Shown piece after piece: positions 10,138-20,690 of a DNA stretch of 64,000 nt. This DNA is from an uncultured Phycisphaerales bacterium. Lineage in GTDB: Bacteria > Planctomycetota > Phycisphaerae > Tepidisphaerales > Tepidisphaeraceae. The number at the start of each line of letters is the position of its first letter. The stretch's first letter is position 1. The notes beneath the pieces are model-generated. The model had not been told where the DNA came from. It worked only from the letters and a program-made list of their open reading frames with translations, and did not search any database. Both the position numbers and the translations under genes were made by a program. The stretch is taken from the NCBI GenBank assembly GCA_963755915.1, contig CAVWLP010000002.1, forward strand, positions 2,272,001 to 2,336,000. Reading direction: 5' to 3'.

Positions 10138-11802
10138 ATGGACCGCCCTCGCAGCAGCATCGTCACCGAAGGAAATCAGCGCGCCCCGCAGCGGGCCTTC
10201 TTCCGCGCCATGGGCCTCACCGATGAAGAGATCCACCGTCCCTGGGTCGGCGTCGCGAGCACCTGGAACGAGGCCACGCCCTGCAACATCACCCTCGACC
10301 GCCAGGCCAGGGCCGCCGTGCAGGGCGTGAAATCCGCCGGCGGAACGCCGCGCGAATTCGTCACCATCGCCGTCTCGGATGGCATCGCCATGGGCCACGA
10401 GGGAATGAAAGCCTCGCTGGTCTCGCGGGAAATCATCGCCGACTCGGTCGAGCTGATGATGCACGCCCACGGCTACGACGCCCTGGTCGGCCTCGCCGGC
10501 TGCGACAAAAGCCTGCCCGGCATGCTCATGGCCATGGGCCGGCTCAACGTCCCCAGCATCTTCCTTTACGGCGGCACGATCATGCCCGGAAAATTCAAGG
10601 GGCGCGACGTGACCATCCAGGACGTCTACGAAGCCGTCGGCGCCAACTCGGCGGGAAAAATGAGCGACGCCGACCTGTATGAAATGGAATGCGGCGCCTG
10701 CCCCACCGCGGGAAGCTGCGGCGGCCAATTCACCGCCAATACCATGGCCTGCGCCGCCGAGGCGATGGGCATGGCCCTGCCCGGCAGCGGCTCGCCGCCG
10801 GCGATCGAAACCGAGCGCGACGCCTTCGCCGTCTCCTGCGGAAAACAGGTCATGGCCCTGATGGAAAAGAATATCCGCGCCCGCGACGTCATGACCCGCG
10901 AGGCGTTCGAAAACGCCGTCACCATCGCCGCCGCCACCGGTGGCTCCACCAACAGCGCCCTGCACCTCCCGGCCATCGCCCACGAGTGCGGCGTCACGCT
11001 CTCCCTCGAAGACATCGACCGCATCAGCCGCCGAACGCCCGTCATCGCCGATCTCAAACCCTTCGGCAGATATACCGCGTTCGACGTCTATAAGGCCGGC
11101 GGAATCCCGGCGATCTTGCGCGTCCTTCTCGACGAAAAACTCATCCACGGCGATTGCCTCACCTGCACCGGCAGAACCATGGCCGAAAATCTCGCCGGCG
11201 TGCGCCTCAAGTCCGACCAGACCGTGATCCTCCCCGCATCCAAAGCCCTGGAGCGCACCGGCGGCCTGCACATCCTCCGCGGCAATGTCGCCCCCGAAGG
11301 GTGTGTCATCAAAACCGCCGGCGTGAAAAAATTGCAGCATCGCGGCCCTGCCCGCGTTTACGACAGCGAGGAAGCCTGTATGGCCGCCGTCCAGGCCCAG
11401 GAAATCAAGAAGGGCGACAGCGTCATCATCCGCTACGAAGGCCCGCGCGGCGGACCCGGCATGCGCGAAATGCTCGGCGTCACCGCCGCCATCGTCGGCC
11501 AGGGCCTCGGCTACGACGTCTGCCTCATGACCGACGGCCGCTTCAGCGGCGCCACCCGCGGCCTCATGGTCGGACACATCGGCCCCGAAGCCTTCAACGG
11601 CGGCCCCCTCGCCCTCATCCAGAACGGCGACATGATCTCCGTCGACGCCGAAAAAGGGACCATCAACGTCGAGCTGAGCGAAGAAGAACTCGCCAAACGC
11701 AATTCCCGCTGGAAACAGCCGGAGCTGAAATATCCCCGCGGAGCGCTGGCGAAATATGTGAAGCTGGTGGGGCCGGCGTGCTATGGGGCGGTGACGAGCT
11801 GA
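10138..11802 (+). CDS. ilvD: Dihydroxy-acid dehydratase
   Basis: SDGIAMGHEGMKASLVSRE, GCDKSLPG, CGGQFTANTM, GPRGGPGMREM, TDGRFSG. Confidence 0.97.
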   Translation: MDRPRSSIVTEGNQRAPQRAFFRAMGLTDEEIHRPWVGVASTWNEATPCNITLDRQARAAVQGVKSAGGTPREFVTIAVSDGIAMGHEGMKASLVSREIIADSVELMMHAHGYDALVGLAGCDKSLPGMLMAMGRLNVPSIFLYGGTIMPGKFKGRDVTIQDVYEAVGANSAGKMSDADLYEMECGACPTAGSCGGQFTANTMACAAEAMGMALPGSGSPPAIETERDAFAVSCGKQVMALMEKNIRARDVMTREAFENAVTIAAATGGSTNSALHLPAIAHECGVTLSLEDIDRISRRTPVIADLKPFGRYTAFDVYKAGGIPAILRVLLDEKLIHGDCLTCTGRTMAENLAGVRLKSDQTVILPASKALERTGGLHILRGNVAPEGCVIKTAGVKKLQHRGPARVYDSEEACMAAVQAQEIKKGDSVIIRYEGPRGGPGMREMLGVTAAIVGQGLGYDVCLMTDGRFSGATRGLMVGHIGPEAFNGGPLALIQNGDMISVDAEKGTINVELSEEELAKRNSRWKQPELKYPRGALAKYVKLVGPACYGAVTS

Positions 11803-11967
11803 GTAATGTCGACGTGCCACGGACCTTTTCGCAATTGGATGATAAGCCATTGAAATCACACAAGTTGTGGCCTATTTCCGACTAGGATAAAATCTATTTG
11901 GTTGATTTTTTGCATCAGTGTTGTAATAATCATACAACAGTTTGTCGATGGTTTTGCGGAGACTCCC

Positions 11968-12333
11968 ATGACTTTTGGTGAATTCATCAAGGATAAGCGT
12001 ATCGGGCAAAAGGTCTCCCTTCGGTCATTCTGCGAGTCCAACGGCTATGATCCGGGCAATCATTCCAAGCTTGAACGTGGCATCCTAAATCCGCCCGACG
12101 ATGAATCCTTTATGGATAAGCTGGCAGCTGCGCTACGCCTCGAAAAAGAGACGAGTGACTGGTTTGACTTTCATAACTTCGCAGCCGTCGCACGCAAGCA
12201 AATCCCGAAAGATTTGCTCGACGATAGGGAAGTAGCGGAGAAATTGCCCGTCCTGTTTAGGACACTTCAGGGCGAGCCTTTGCCCGCGGAAAAGATGGAC
12301 GAACTGATCGACTTCATTCGTCGTCGCCGCTAG
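11968..12333 (+). CDS. XRE-family HTH regulator
   Basis: MTFGEFIKDKR..SLRSFC..DPGNHSKLERGILNPP. Confidence 0.85.
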   Translation: MTFGEFIKDKRIGQKVSLRSFCESNGYDPGNHSKLERGILNPPDDESFMDKLAAALRLEKETSDWFDFHNFAAVARKQIPKDLLDDREVAEKLPVLFRTLQGEPLPAEKMDELIDFIRRRR

Positions 12334-12343
12334 ACTCCGCCTG

Positions 12344-12943
12344 ATGCCAATTGAGATTCCGGATCTCAGCTTCCGGGCTATAGCCGTGGCCTCTGAAAAG
12401 TGCCTGTACGATCACCACCCCACAAAAGAAGTTCCGGTGCCCATTGAGGACATTGTGGATGTGGGATATCGAATCGACCTTGTGGAAGAGCCCGAACTTT
12501 AAGCGAGGTTTTCAACCCTTGCATTCATTACACATGACCTGAAGGAGATTCGGGTCGATAAGACTGTGTACAGCAAACAGCCATATCGTCTGCGGTTTAG
12601 CCTTACGCACGAGTTGGGACATTTAATATTGCACGAAAGCGTTTATAGAAACTTGGCGTTTAGGAGTTCCCAGCAATGGCGTCAGTGCATGACGGATCTT
12701 GGAAAGGCTGATTACGACAAGCTGGAGTGGCAGGCCGATACTTTTGGTAGGCTGCTCCTTGTTCCATCCGAAAAAATTCAAGAGGAATTTGCCAGGATTC
12801 GGTCGGCGCTTTCCAGCGCCAGGACCACGTTTAAACAATTGAATCCAAGCAGCTAGGATTATGCGGTTAAAGCCTTGGCGAAAAGCTTCGGTGTCTCAAC
12901 GGGCACAATTTGGTACCGAATGCGGGACGAAGGGTTGATCTGA
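12344..12943 (+). pseudogene. ImmA/IrrE family metallopeptidase with two in-frame stops (TAA 12500, TAG 12854)
   Basis: PVPIEDIV, RLRFSLTHELGHLILH, EWQADTFG, LAKSFGVS all in one frame across both stops. Confidence 0.85.
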
Positions 12944-12964
12944 ATCCACGACAGGAGCCCACCT

Positions 12965-13994
12965 ATGGCCCAGCAGCAGTCCTCCAATGACCAGCCCCCA
13001 AATCCCCAGCGCATCTTCCAACTGGCATTCGGCTATTCCGCACCCCTGATTCTAGAAACCGCAATCGAGCACAAAATCTTCGATGTTCTCGACATAGGCC
13101 CCAAGACCCCCGAAGAAGTCGCTAAAGCCACAAAAATTTCTTCGCGCAGGCGCGAATCCTCCTCAACGGCCTGCTCGCCATCGAAATGGTCACGAAGGAC
13201 AAGAGCAACAAATACGCCCTCACGCCCGAAAGCTCGCAATTTCTCGTCAGCGGCAAGGAGAGCTATTTCGGCGGAATGCTCCGCCACACCGGCAAACAGC
13301 TTCTCCCCAAGTGGATGCAACTCACCCAGATCGTCAAGACCGGCAAGCCCGCGCAGGCCGTTAACCAGGAGGGCGACGGCTCCGCATTCTTCGCCGAATT
13401 TGTCGAATCGATTTTCCCCAACAGCTATCCCGCCGCCTCGGCTCTCGCAGAGCACCTCAATGTTGCCGCGGCGAAAAAGCCCGTGAAGGTCCTCGACCTC
13501 GCCGCCGGCTCCGGCGTGTGGGGCATCGCCCTGGCCCAGAAATCCCCCAAGGTTCAGGTCACCGCCGTCGACTGGCCCGGCGTTCTGCCCGTCACCAAAA
13601 AAGTCGCGACCCGCTTCAAGGTCGCCGATCGTTTCACCTTCTCCCCCGGCGATCTGACTTCTGCCGATTTCGGCTCGGGCCATAACATCGCCACCCTCGG
13701 CCACATCCTTCACAGCGAAGGCGAAAAACGCAGCCGCGCCTGCTCAAAAAAACTTTCTCCGCCCTCGCGTCCGGGGGCACCATCGCCATCGCCGAAATGG
13801 TCCCCGACGACGACCGCACCGGCCCGGCACACGCCCTGATCTTTTCGGTCAACATGCTTGTGAACACCGATGAGGGAGACACCTTCACCTTCCCCGAAAT
13901 CTCCGCCTGGCTGAAAGAAGCCGGATTCACCTCGCCGCGGAAGCTGGAATCGCCCGGTCCCTCGCCGCTGATTTTGGCGACGAAGCCCGGATAA
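12965..13994 (+). CDS. SAM-dependent O-methyltransferase with dimerisation domain (two frameshifts)
   Basis: VLDLAAGSGVWG, VDWP, GHILH, NMLVNTDEGDTFT. Confidence 0.85.
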
Positions 13995-14003
13995 TCATTT
14001 ATT

Positions 14004-14124
14004 GCCACAGATATAAATCAGATGCACACAGATGAGCCGACTTTGTTTCTTATCTGTGTCCATCTGATTGAAATCTGTGGCCAAAATTGAATTTCTTATC
14101 CGTGCCCATCCGCGAAATCCGTGG
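14004..14124. repeat. Imperfect inverted repeat built of ~9-bp CACAGAT/ATCTGTG units
   Basis: GCCACAGATATAAATCAGATGCACACAGAT...ATCTGTGTCCATCTGATTGAAATCTGTGGC between convergent genes. Confidence 0.75.
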
Positions 14125-14154
14125 TCTCTCCCGCTTTGTTTCGGACCGAGCAGG

Positions 14155-14672
14155 TCACTTCCGATTCCGATGCCGAGCCGTTCGCCCCGTTGCAAAAAAA
14201 TAAGCAGTCACCGGCCCGTCTCCGCACTTCATGGCTTTGGTCTCAAATCGCCCGGGGGTATACCGCCTGATCACCTTTCGCCAGAAAACCGCGGCCGGCT
14301 GATTGTCTTTCAGAAGATCCACCTGCCATCGCCCCGGGAAGCGATCGAAAAATTGCCGGGCAATGCGCTCCCCCACGCCGCGATGGCGGAATTTCCTGAG
14401 CACAAAAAAATCCGTGAAGGAATAATCGACGGACGGCCCATGGCCGCCTTCCAGGAGCAGCACAAACCCCGCCGGCTCGCGCCGGCGCGGAGAATGAACG
14501 CCTGTTTATCCGCATCCGACCAGTACTTTTCCATTCCGTCGCACCCGTCGTGACGCCCGTCCGGCTTCGTCGCCCAGCCCATAAATTCGGACATATCGTA
14601 GATGTAGTACGGGACGAGATTTTTCACGATCGGGAGATCGGAGGGTTTGGCTTTGTGAAGGGTTACTTTCAT
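14155..14672 (-). CDS. GNAT N-acetyltransferase (frameshift ~14480)
   Basis: NLVPYYIYDMSEF, DFFVLRKFRHRGVG, NQPAAVFWRKVI. Confidence 0.85.
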
Positions 14673-14900
14673 CCAACGAGCAAGGATACGCCGGACCAAT
14701 ATCAGAGGCGAGGAAATGCCCGAGCCCCGTTCGCCTTCGGTCAATTCGTCTGCATTTGATTTAAATATATGTCAAAACCTGTATTTCTTCGCGCTCTTCG
14801 CGGTTATCATCTTAATCAGATTGCCCATCCCGCCCAGTTTGTTGCGGAGTGTTACCTTTTGTACCGCATGCCCCAAACCAAAAATCGCACGGCACGCCAA

Positions 14901-15509
14901 CTAAAAATATTCTCCCACGCTTTCGCGCAACCGTCGCCTTCCCTGAAACACATGCCACTTCACCGCTTCAACACTGCATTGCATCGTGTGCGCAACCTGC
15001 TTCTGCGGAATCTCATCGATCGAGAAGAGCCGCAGCGCTGTCTGCTGTTTCGACGGCAGCCGCTCCATCGCGCAGCCGAGAATCTGCCCCATCTCGACGC
15101 TCTCCAGAACATGCAGCGGATCACCCGAAGGATCGGACGATGGCAAAAGATCATCCAGCGGCATTGGCCCAGGCGACTTGCGCGATCGGCGGAAATTCAG
15201 CGAAAGATTCGACACAATCCGCATCAGCCATCCGCCAAAGGCTTCCGCATGATTCAGCGTGTGTAGATTGGAAAAGGCCTTCAGGAACGCATCCTGCGTA
15301 ACGTCCATTGCATCGTGAAGATTGCCCAGGAGCCGATAAGCGACGGCCATCGCCTGCCGCTGGTAGCGGAGAATCAGCTCATCAAACGCCGACCGGAAGC
15401 CGTCCAACGTCTTGTGGACAAGGTGTCCGTCAGTAGGGAGCGTCTGGCGTGAAATTGAATCCAATGCTGCCACGATAAGGGACGCGATCAAATGGAGATA
15501 TGGCCGCAA
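14901..15509 (-). CDS. ECF RNA polymerase sigma factor
   Basis: DAMDVTQDAFLKAF, FGGWLMRIVSN, region 4 VKWHVFQGRRRLR; start uncertain. Confidence 0.88.
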   Translation of the reverse strand: MRPYLHLIASLIVAALDSISRQTLPTDGHLVHKTLDGFRSAFDELILRYQRQAMAVAYRLLGNLHDAMDVTQDAFLKAFSNLHTLNHAEAFGGWLMRIVSNLSLNFRRSRKSPGPMPLDDLLPSSDPSGDPLHVLESVEMGQILGCAMERLPSKQQTALRLFSIDEIPQKQVAHTMQCSVEAVKWHVFQGRRRLRESVGEYF

Positions 15510-15538
15510 CGGTTATGGAATACAGGCGGGTTTTATAA

Positions 15539-16348
15539 TCAGGCGGGCGATATCAGGATCTGGCAATATTCCGCGATCGATTTAGCGATCGCCTCCGGCG
15601 AAGCCGAAGCATTTTCCCCCATGCGCTTGACGATCGCGCTCCCGACAATCGCCCCATCGGCTACGCCGCTCAGCGCCTTCATGTGCGCTGGCTTCGATAT
15701 CCCAAACCCCACGCAGATCGGCCGTTTTGTAAAGCCCTTAAGCTGCCGCACATTGTCGGCCAGATCGGACGGAAGCTGATCCCGCGCCCCGGTGATTCCG
15801 CTAACTGAGAGATAATAAACAAACCCCGAGCAAAGCTCGGCGATTTCCGCACGTCGCTGCGGCGTGGTGGTCGGCGCGATCAGAAGAATCGTGTCCAAAC
15901 CCGCGGCGCGAATCTGTCCGCAAATTTTGTTCGCCTCCGGCGGCGGCAGATCAGGAATGATGAGTCCCGCAAACCCCGCCGACTTCGCCTCGGCGAAAAA
16001 TTTCTCCGGCCCGTGCCGAAAAACGATGCTAAAACTGAGCATCGCCACCAGCGGCGTCGAAATCACCGTCGCGAGCTTCCGCGTCATCGCAAAGACGTCC
16101 GCGACCTTGATCTTATGCGCCAGCGCCTCGGTAAACGCCTGCTGGATCACCGGCCCATCTGCAATCGGATCCGAAAACGGAAAACCAATTTCAATCGCCG
16201 CCGGTCGAACCGCATCGAGTGCCTTCAACGTCGCGGCGGTCGTTTCGATGTTTGGATACCCCGCGGGAACAAACGGCACCAGCCCGATCCGGCCGTGCAG
16301 GTCGGCGAAGGATTGGGCGATTGTTGCGGGCGCTTTTGGCATTGGCAT
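15539..16348 (-). CDS. trpA: Tryptophan synthase alpha subunit
   Basis: IEIGFPFSDPIADGPVIQ, IIPDLP, VSGITG, VGFGIS, DGAIVGSA. Confidence 0.97.
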   Translation of the reverse strand: MPMPKAPATIAQSFADLHGRIGLVPFVPAGYPNIETTAATLKALDAVRPAAIEIGFPFSDPIADGPVIQQAFTEALAHKIKVADVFAMTRKLATVISTPLVAMLSFSIVFRHGPEKFFAEAKSAGFAGLIIPDLPPPEANKICGQIRAAGLDTILLIAPTTTPQRRAEIAELCSGFVYYLSVSGITGARDQLPSDLADNVRQLKGFTKRPICVGFGISKPAHMKALSGVADGAIVGSAIVKRMGENASASPEAIAKSIAEYCQILISPA

Positions 16349-16581
16349 CCGGGGACGAGTGAGGGGATGATAAGCGTCGAGGATGAGTCGTCAAGCGATG
16401 GAAAAATCGGCGATCCGATTGCCGGCCGCGCTGGCAGTGGCGCTGGTTTGCACGGGATTGATTGTTGAAGCGATCGTCACAGCCGTCGAAGCGCGGGCCA
16501 ATGGGGATTTGATGGTAGATGCGGCGCCGATTCTCGGTGCGGTTTTTCTGTCGGTGCCGACGGGGCAGGCGTGGTGGTTTG

Positions 16582-17782
16582 TCATTTCCCGATCAATCGG
16601 GCGACTTCCTGGCAATCCTTATCGCCGCGGCCGCTAAGGTTGACGATGACGATCTTGTCTTTGCCGAGGCGCGGGGCGAGCTCGTTGAGATAGGCGAAGG
16701 CGTGGGCGGATTCGAGGGCGGGGAGAATTCCTTCGAGCTGGGCGACCAATTGGAAAGCCTCAAGGGCCTGCGCGTCGGTGATGGTGACGTATTTCACCCG
16801 GCCGGAATCTTTCCAGAAGGCGTGTTCGGGACCGACGCCCGGATAATCGAGGCCGGCGGAGACGCTGTGGACGTCGGCGGTTTGGCCGTCGTCGTCCTGG
16901 AGGACGTAGGAGAGGGAGCCGTGGAGGACGCCGGGCCGGCCGGCGGTGAGAGAGGCGGCGTGCTGGCCGAGCGCGGAGCCGCGGCCGCCGGCTTCGATGC
17001 CGATGAGCTGAACTTCGCTATCGGCGGCGAAGGGGGCGAAGATACCGGCGGCGTTGGAGCCGCCGCCGACGCAGGCGAGGACGTAATCGGGGAGGCGGTG
17101 TTCGATTTCGAGGCACTGGGCGCGGGTCTCGCGTCCGATGATGGATTGGAAATCGCGGACCATCATGGGGAAGGGGTGCGGGCCGACGACGCTGCCGATG
17201 ATGTAGTGCGTGTCGGTCGACGGAGCCCATCCAGTCGCGCATGGCTTCGTTGGTCGCGTCCTTAAGTGTTTTGCTGCCGCTGGTGACTTCGATGACGTTT
17301 GCGCCGATGAGGCGCATGCGGAAGACGTTGAGGGATTGGCGGCGGATGTCCTCGGAGCCCATAAAGACGTCGCATTTCAGGCCGAAGAGGGCGGCTGCCG
17401 TGGCGGTGGCGACGCCGTGCTGGCCGGCGCCGGTTTCGGCGATGACGCGCTTTTTGCCCATGCGGAGGGTGAGCAGGGCCTGGCCGATGGTGTTGTTGAT
17501 CTTGTGGGCGCCGGTGTGGTTGAGGTCTTCGCGTTTGAGGTAGATTGCGGGGCCTTTGAAGTGCTCGGTGAGGCGGCGGGCGAAATAGAGTCGCGTGGGG
17601 CGGCCGACGAAATCGCGGAGGTAGTAGTCGAGATCTTTTTGGAATTCGGGGTCGGATTTGGCGCGGGCGTATTCGGATTCGAGCTGTCCGAGCGCGGCGA
17701 TGAGGGTTTCGGGGACGAAGACGCCGCCGTAGGGGCCGAAATGGCCAGTGGGGTCGGGGAGGGTGGTGGCAGTCGGGATCAT
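16582..17782 (-). CDS. trpB: Tryptophan synthase beta subunit (frameshift ~17210)
   Basis: [56 protein letters not shown]. Confidence 0.97.
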
Positions 17783-17853
17783 CGCTGGTAATGGTAAGGG
17801 TATCGCCGCTAGGCGGCAATTGGCTTATTATTGGATGCAAAGGAGAAACAGGC

Positions 17854-18879
17854 ATGGCTCGTGCGGTTACTTTGTTTACAGGTCAATGGGCGGATTTGTC
17901 GTTTGAGGCGGTTTGCGAGAAGGCGAAGAAGTTTGGGTATGACGGGATTGAGTTGGCGTGCTGGGGGGATCATTTTGATGTGAAGGCGGCGCTGGAGGAC
18001 AAGAATTATTGCAAGGGGAGATGGGAGATTTTGCGGCGGCATGGGCTGAAGGCGTTTGCGATCAGCGCGCATCTCGTCGGGCAGGCGGTATGCGATCTGA
18101 TTGACGAGCGGCACAAGTCGATTTTGCCGCCGGAGGTTTGGGGGGATGGGGAACCGGAGGGAGTGCGGAAGCGTGCGGCGAAGCGGATGATCGAGACGGC
18201 CAAGGCGTGCCGGAAGTTTATCGATGCGGCGCCGGAGCCGACGGGGTTTCCGGCAGTGGTCAACGGGTTTACGGGGTCGAGCATCTGGCACAGCATTTAT
18301 GCGTTTCCGCCGACGGATCAGAAGTATTGGAACAAGGGGTTTGAGGATTTTGGGAAACGATGGACGCCGATTCTGGATGCGTTTGACAAGGCGGATGTGA
18401 ATTTCGGACTGGAGGTGCATCCAACGGAGATCGCGTTTGATATTGCCAGCGCGGCCCGGGCCATCGATGCGGTGAAGGGGCACAAGCGGTTTGGGTTTAA
18501 TTTCGATCCGTCGCACCTGGGATATCAGGGGGTGGATTATGTGAAATTCATCCGGACGTTTGGCCTGCGGATTTATCATGTGCACATGAAGGATGCGTGG
18601 TGGGGGCATGGGGATGGGACGGTTGGGGTGTTCGGCGGGCATACTTCGTTTGCAGATGCGCGGCGGTACTGGGATTTCCGGAGCCTGGGGCATGGGGATG
18701 TGAATTTTGAGGAGATCATCGTGGCGCTGAATGATGTGAGGTATCGCGGGCCGCTGAGCGTGGAATGGGAGGATAGCCGGATGGACCGGGAGCACGGGGC
18801 GACGGAGGCGGCGGCGTTTGTGAAGCGGGTCGATTTTGCGCCGTCGGCGATTGCATTTGATGCACAGTTTGACCGGTGA
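17854..18879 (+). CDS. Sugar phosphate isomerase/epimerase (xylose-isomerase-like TIM barrel)
   Basis: [40 protein letters not shown]. Confidence 0.9.
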   Translation: MARAVTLFTGQWADLSFEAVCEKAKKFGYDGIELACWGDHFDVKAALEDKNYCKGRWEILRRHGLKAFAISAHLVGQAVCDLIDERHKSILPPEVWGDGEPEGVRKRAAKRMIETAKACRKFIDAAPEPTGFPAVVNGFTGSSIWHSIYAFPPTDQKYWNKGFEDFGKRWTPILDAFDKADVNFGLEVHPTEIAFDIASAARAIDAVKGHKRFGFNFDPSHLGYQGVDYVKFIRTFGLRIYHVHMKDAWWGHGDGTVGVFGGHTSFADARRYWDFRSLGHGDVNFEEIIVALNDVRYRGPLSVEWEDSRMDREHGATEAAAFVKRVDFAPSAIAFDAQFDR

Positions 18880-18885
18880 AGATCG

Positions 18886-19131
18886 ATGAAGATTCGGCTG
18901 AAAATGTTTGCGATATTGCGGGAGAGGAGCGGGGTATCGGAGACGGAACTGGAGCTGGAGGAAGGGGCGACGGTCGCCGATGCGGTGAGGGCGGTGGGGA
19001 AGAGATTTTCGGAGGTTGCGAGTTTGTTGCCGCGCACGGCGGCGGCGGTGAATCTGGATTATGCGAAGGCGAGCGACCAGTTGCATGAGGGGGATGAATT
19101 GGCGCTGGTGCCGCCGGTGAGCGGGGGGTGA
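18886..19131 (+). CDS. moaD: MoaD/ThiS sulfur carrier
   Basis: 81 aa ubiquitin-like fold ending GDELALVPPVSGG. Confidence 0.92.
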   Translation: MKIRLKMFAILRERSGVSETELELEEGATVADAVRAVGKRFSEVASLLPRTAAAVNLDYAKASDQLHEGDELALVPPVSGG

Positions 19132-19135
19132 ACCA

Positions 19136-20071
19136 ATGACGATTCGGGAATTGGAAGAGCGGGATACGGGGGCGTGGCTGGAGATGCGGCGTGCGCTGTG
19201 GCCGGAGGCGCCTGCGGAGGAGCTGGAAGAGGATGTGAAGCCGTATTGGTCGCAGAGGGTGATTCAGGGGTTGCCGACAGTGGTGCTTCTCGCGGAGAAG
19301 GAGGGGAAGCCGGTGGGGTTTGCGGAGGTTACGTTGCGGCCAATGGCGGCGGGGTGCGTGACGAGTCCGGTGGGATATCTGGAAGCGTGGTATGTCGCGG
19401 CGGAATTTCGCCGGCAGGGAATTGGTGGGGCGCTCGTGAAGGTGGGGGAGCAGTGGGCGCGGTCGAAGGGGTGCCAGGAGTTTGCGTCAGATTGCTATGT
19501 GAGCAACGATGCGAGTCGTGCGGGGCATGGGCGTTTGGGGTTCTTGACGAATGAGCGGGTGCTTACATTTCGAAAGCAGCTCGAGGAGCGGCCGCGCGGG
19601 GCGATCGATTTTATTGGCGTTGTGGCGTTTGAGATTTCAACCGCGGTTGCGGTGGAACTGGTGAGCGATGGGGCGGCGGGGGGAATCGCGGTGTTTTTGG
19701 GGACGACGCGGGAGGATCGGAATTCTGAGGGGCGGGCGCTGAAGGCGCTGGATTATGAGGCATACCCGGAGATGGCGGAGCGGCAGTTGCGGGATTTGGC
19801 GCGGCAGGCGCGGGAGAAATGGCCGATCGTCAAGCTGGTGATTCTGCATCGGGTGGGGCGGGTGGGATTGGGGCAGCCTTCGGTGCTGATTGCGGTTTCG
19901 ACGCCACATCGTGCGGAGGCGTTTGAGGCGTGCGAATTTTTGATCGATCGGCTGAAAGCGGACGTGGCGATTTGGAAGAAAGAAGTGTGGGAGGATGGGA
20001 GTGTGAGCTGGGGAGCGGGGATGAGCGGCGAGCAAGCTCGCCGGCTACACGGGGAGAATGGCGGCGATTGA
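19136..20071 (+). CDS. moaE: AAC(6')-like GNAT fused to molybdopterin synthase catalytic subunit MoaE
   Basis: N-half W..MR.ALWP, PVGYLEAWYV, EFASD; C-half FLGTTR, LDYEAYPEMA, HRVG, PHRAEAFEAC, IWKKE. Confidence 0.88.
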   Translation: MTIRELEERDTGAWLEMRRALWPEAPAEELEEDVKPYWSQRVIQGLPTVVLLAEKEGKPVGFAEVTLRPMAAGCVTSPVGYLEAWYVAAEFRRQGIGGALVKVGEQWARSKGCQEFASDCYVSNDASRAGHGRLGFLTNERVLTFRKQLEERPRGAIDFIGVVAFEISTAVAVELVSDGAAGGIAVFLGTTREDRNSEGRALKALDYEAYPEMAERQLRDLARQAREKWPIVKLVILHRVGRVGLGQPSVLIAVSTPHRAEAFEACEFLIDRLKADVAIWKKEVWEDGSVSWGAGMSGEQARRLHGENGGD

Positions 20072-20681
20072 CTTTATTTTTGGGGCACCTACCCTTCGGA
20101 GCATGTTATTTCAGCTCGTACAGACGGTGTATTGGCTTGCACTGTCGACGTGGTTTGGCGGGGCGATGTTTATCGGGGTGGCGGCAGGGGCGATTCATCG
20201 GACGGTGCGGGAGAATAAGCCGGTGCTGCCGCATGTGCTGAGCGTGAATCTTGAGGATCAGCATTCGACGTTATTGGCGGGATCCATCGTAGGAAATCTG
20301 ATTTCGCTGCTGACCAGGATTGAGATTGTCTGCGCGGGAGTTTTGCTTATTGCGATTGCGGCGCAGTGGTTTCAGATCGACCTCTCGGACAACTGGGTGA
20401 AGATGTCGGCGTTTTTGCGGACGGCGCTTTACCTGGCGGCGACCGGAGTGGTGATTTATGACGGATGGATCTTGTGGCCAAAGATCATGAAAGCGCGGCA
20501 GGCGTTTATCGCCGACGCAGATGACCCGGACAAGGCTAACCCGATCAACGAACAATTGGAGCGGCTTCAGCGGGAAAGCGAAACGCTGCTGATGATCCTG
20601 GTGTTTTTGCTGCTGGGGATCATCCTGTTCAGCGGCGATATAAGTCAGCGGATTTCGATCACAATCCGCAGCGGGGGGTAG
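20058..20681 (+). CDS. DUF4149-like membrane protein
   Basis: Four hydrophobic helices, LSTWFGG motif. Confidence 0.6.
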   Translation: MAAIDFIFGAPTLRSMLFQLVQTVYWLALSTWFGGAMFIGVAAGAIHRTVRENKPVLPHVLSVNLEDQHSTLLAGSIVGNLISLLTRIEIVCAGVLLIAIAAQWFQIDLSDNWVKMSAFLRTALYLAATGVVIYDGWILWPKIMKARQAFIADADDPDKANPINEQLERLQRESETLLMILVFLLLGIILFSGDISQRISITIRSGG

Positions 20682-20690
20682 ACGATCGGC

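Noticed and set aside
10111-11859. Long antisense ORFs (582 aa opposite ilvD, 425 aa at 17809, 675 aa at 50270 and others)
   Set aside because: Shadow frames of well-supported genes in high-GC DNA.
13995-14130. CRISPR array (also considered 36881-36996 and 61380-61560)
   Set aside because: Short-unit inverted repeats without repeat-spacer periodicity; no cas genes.
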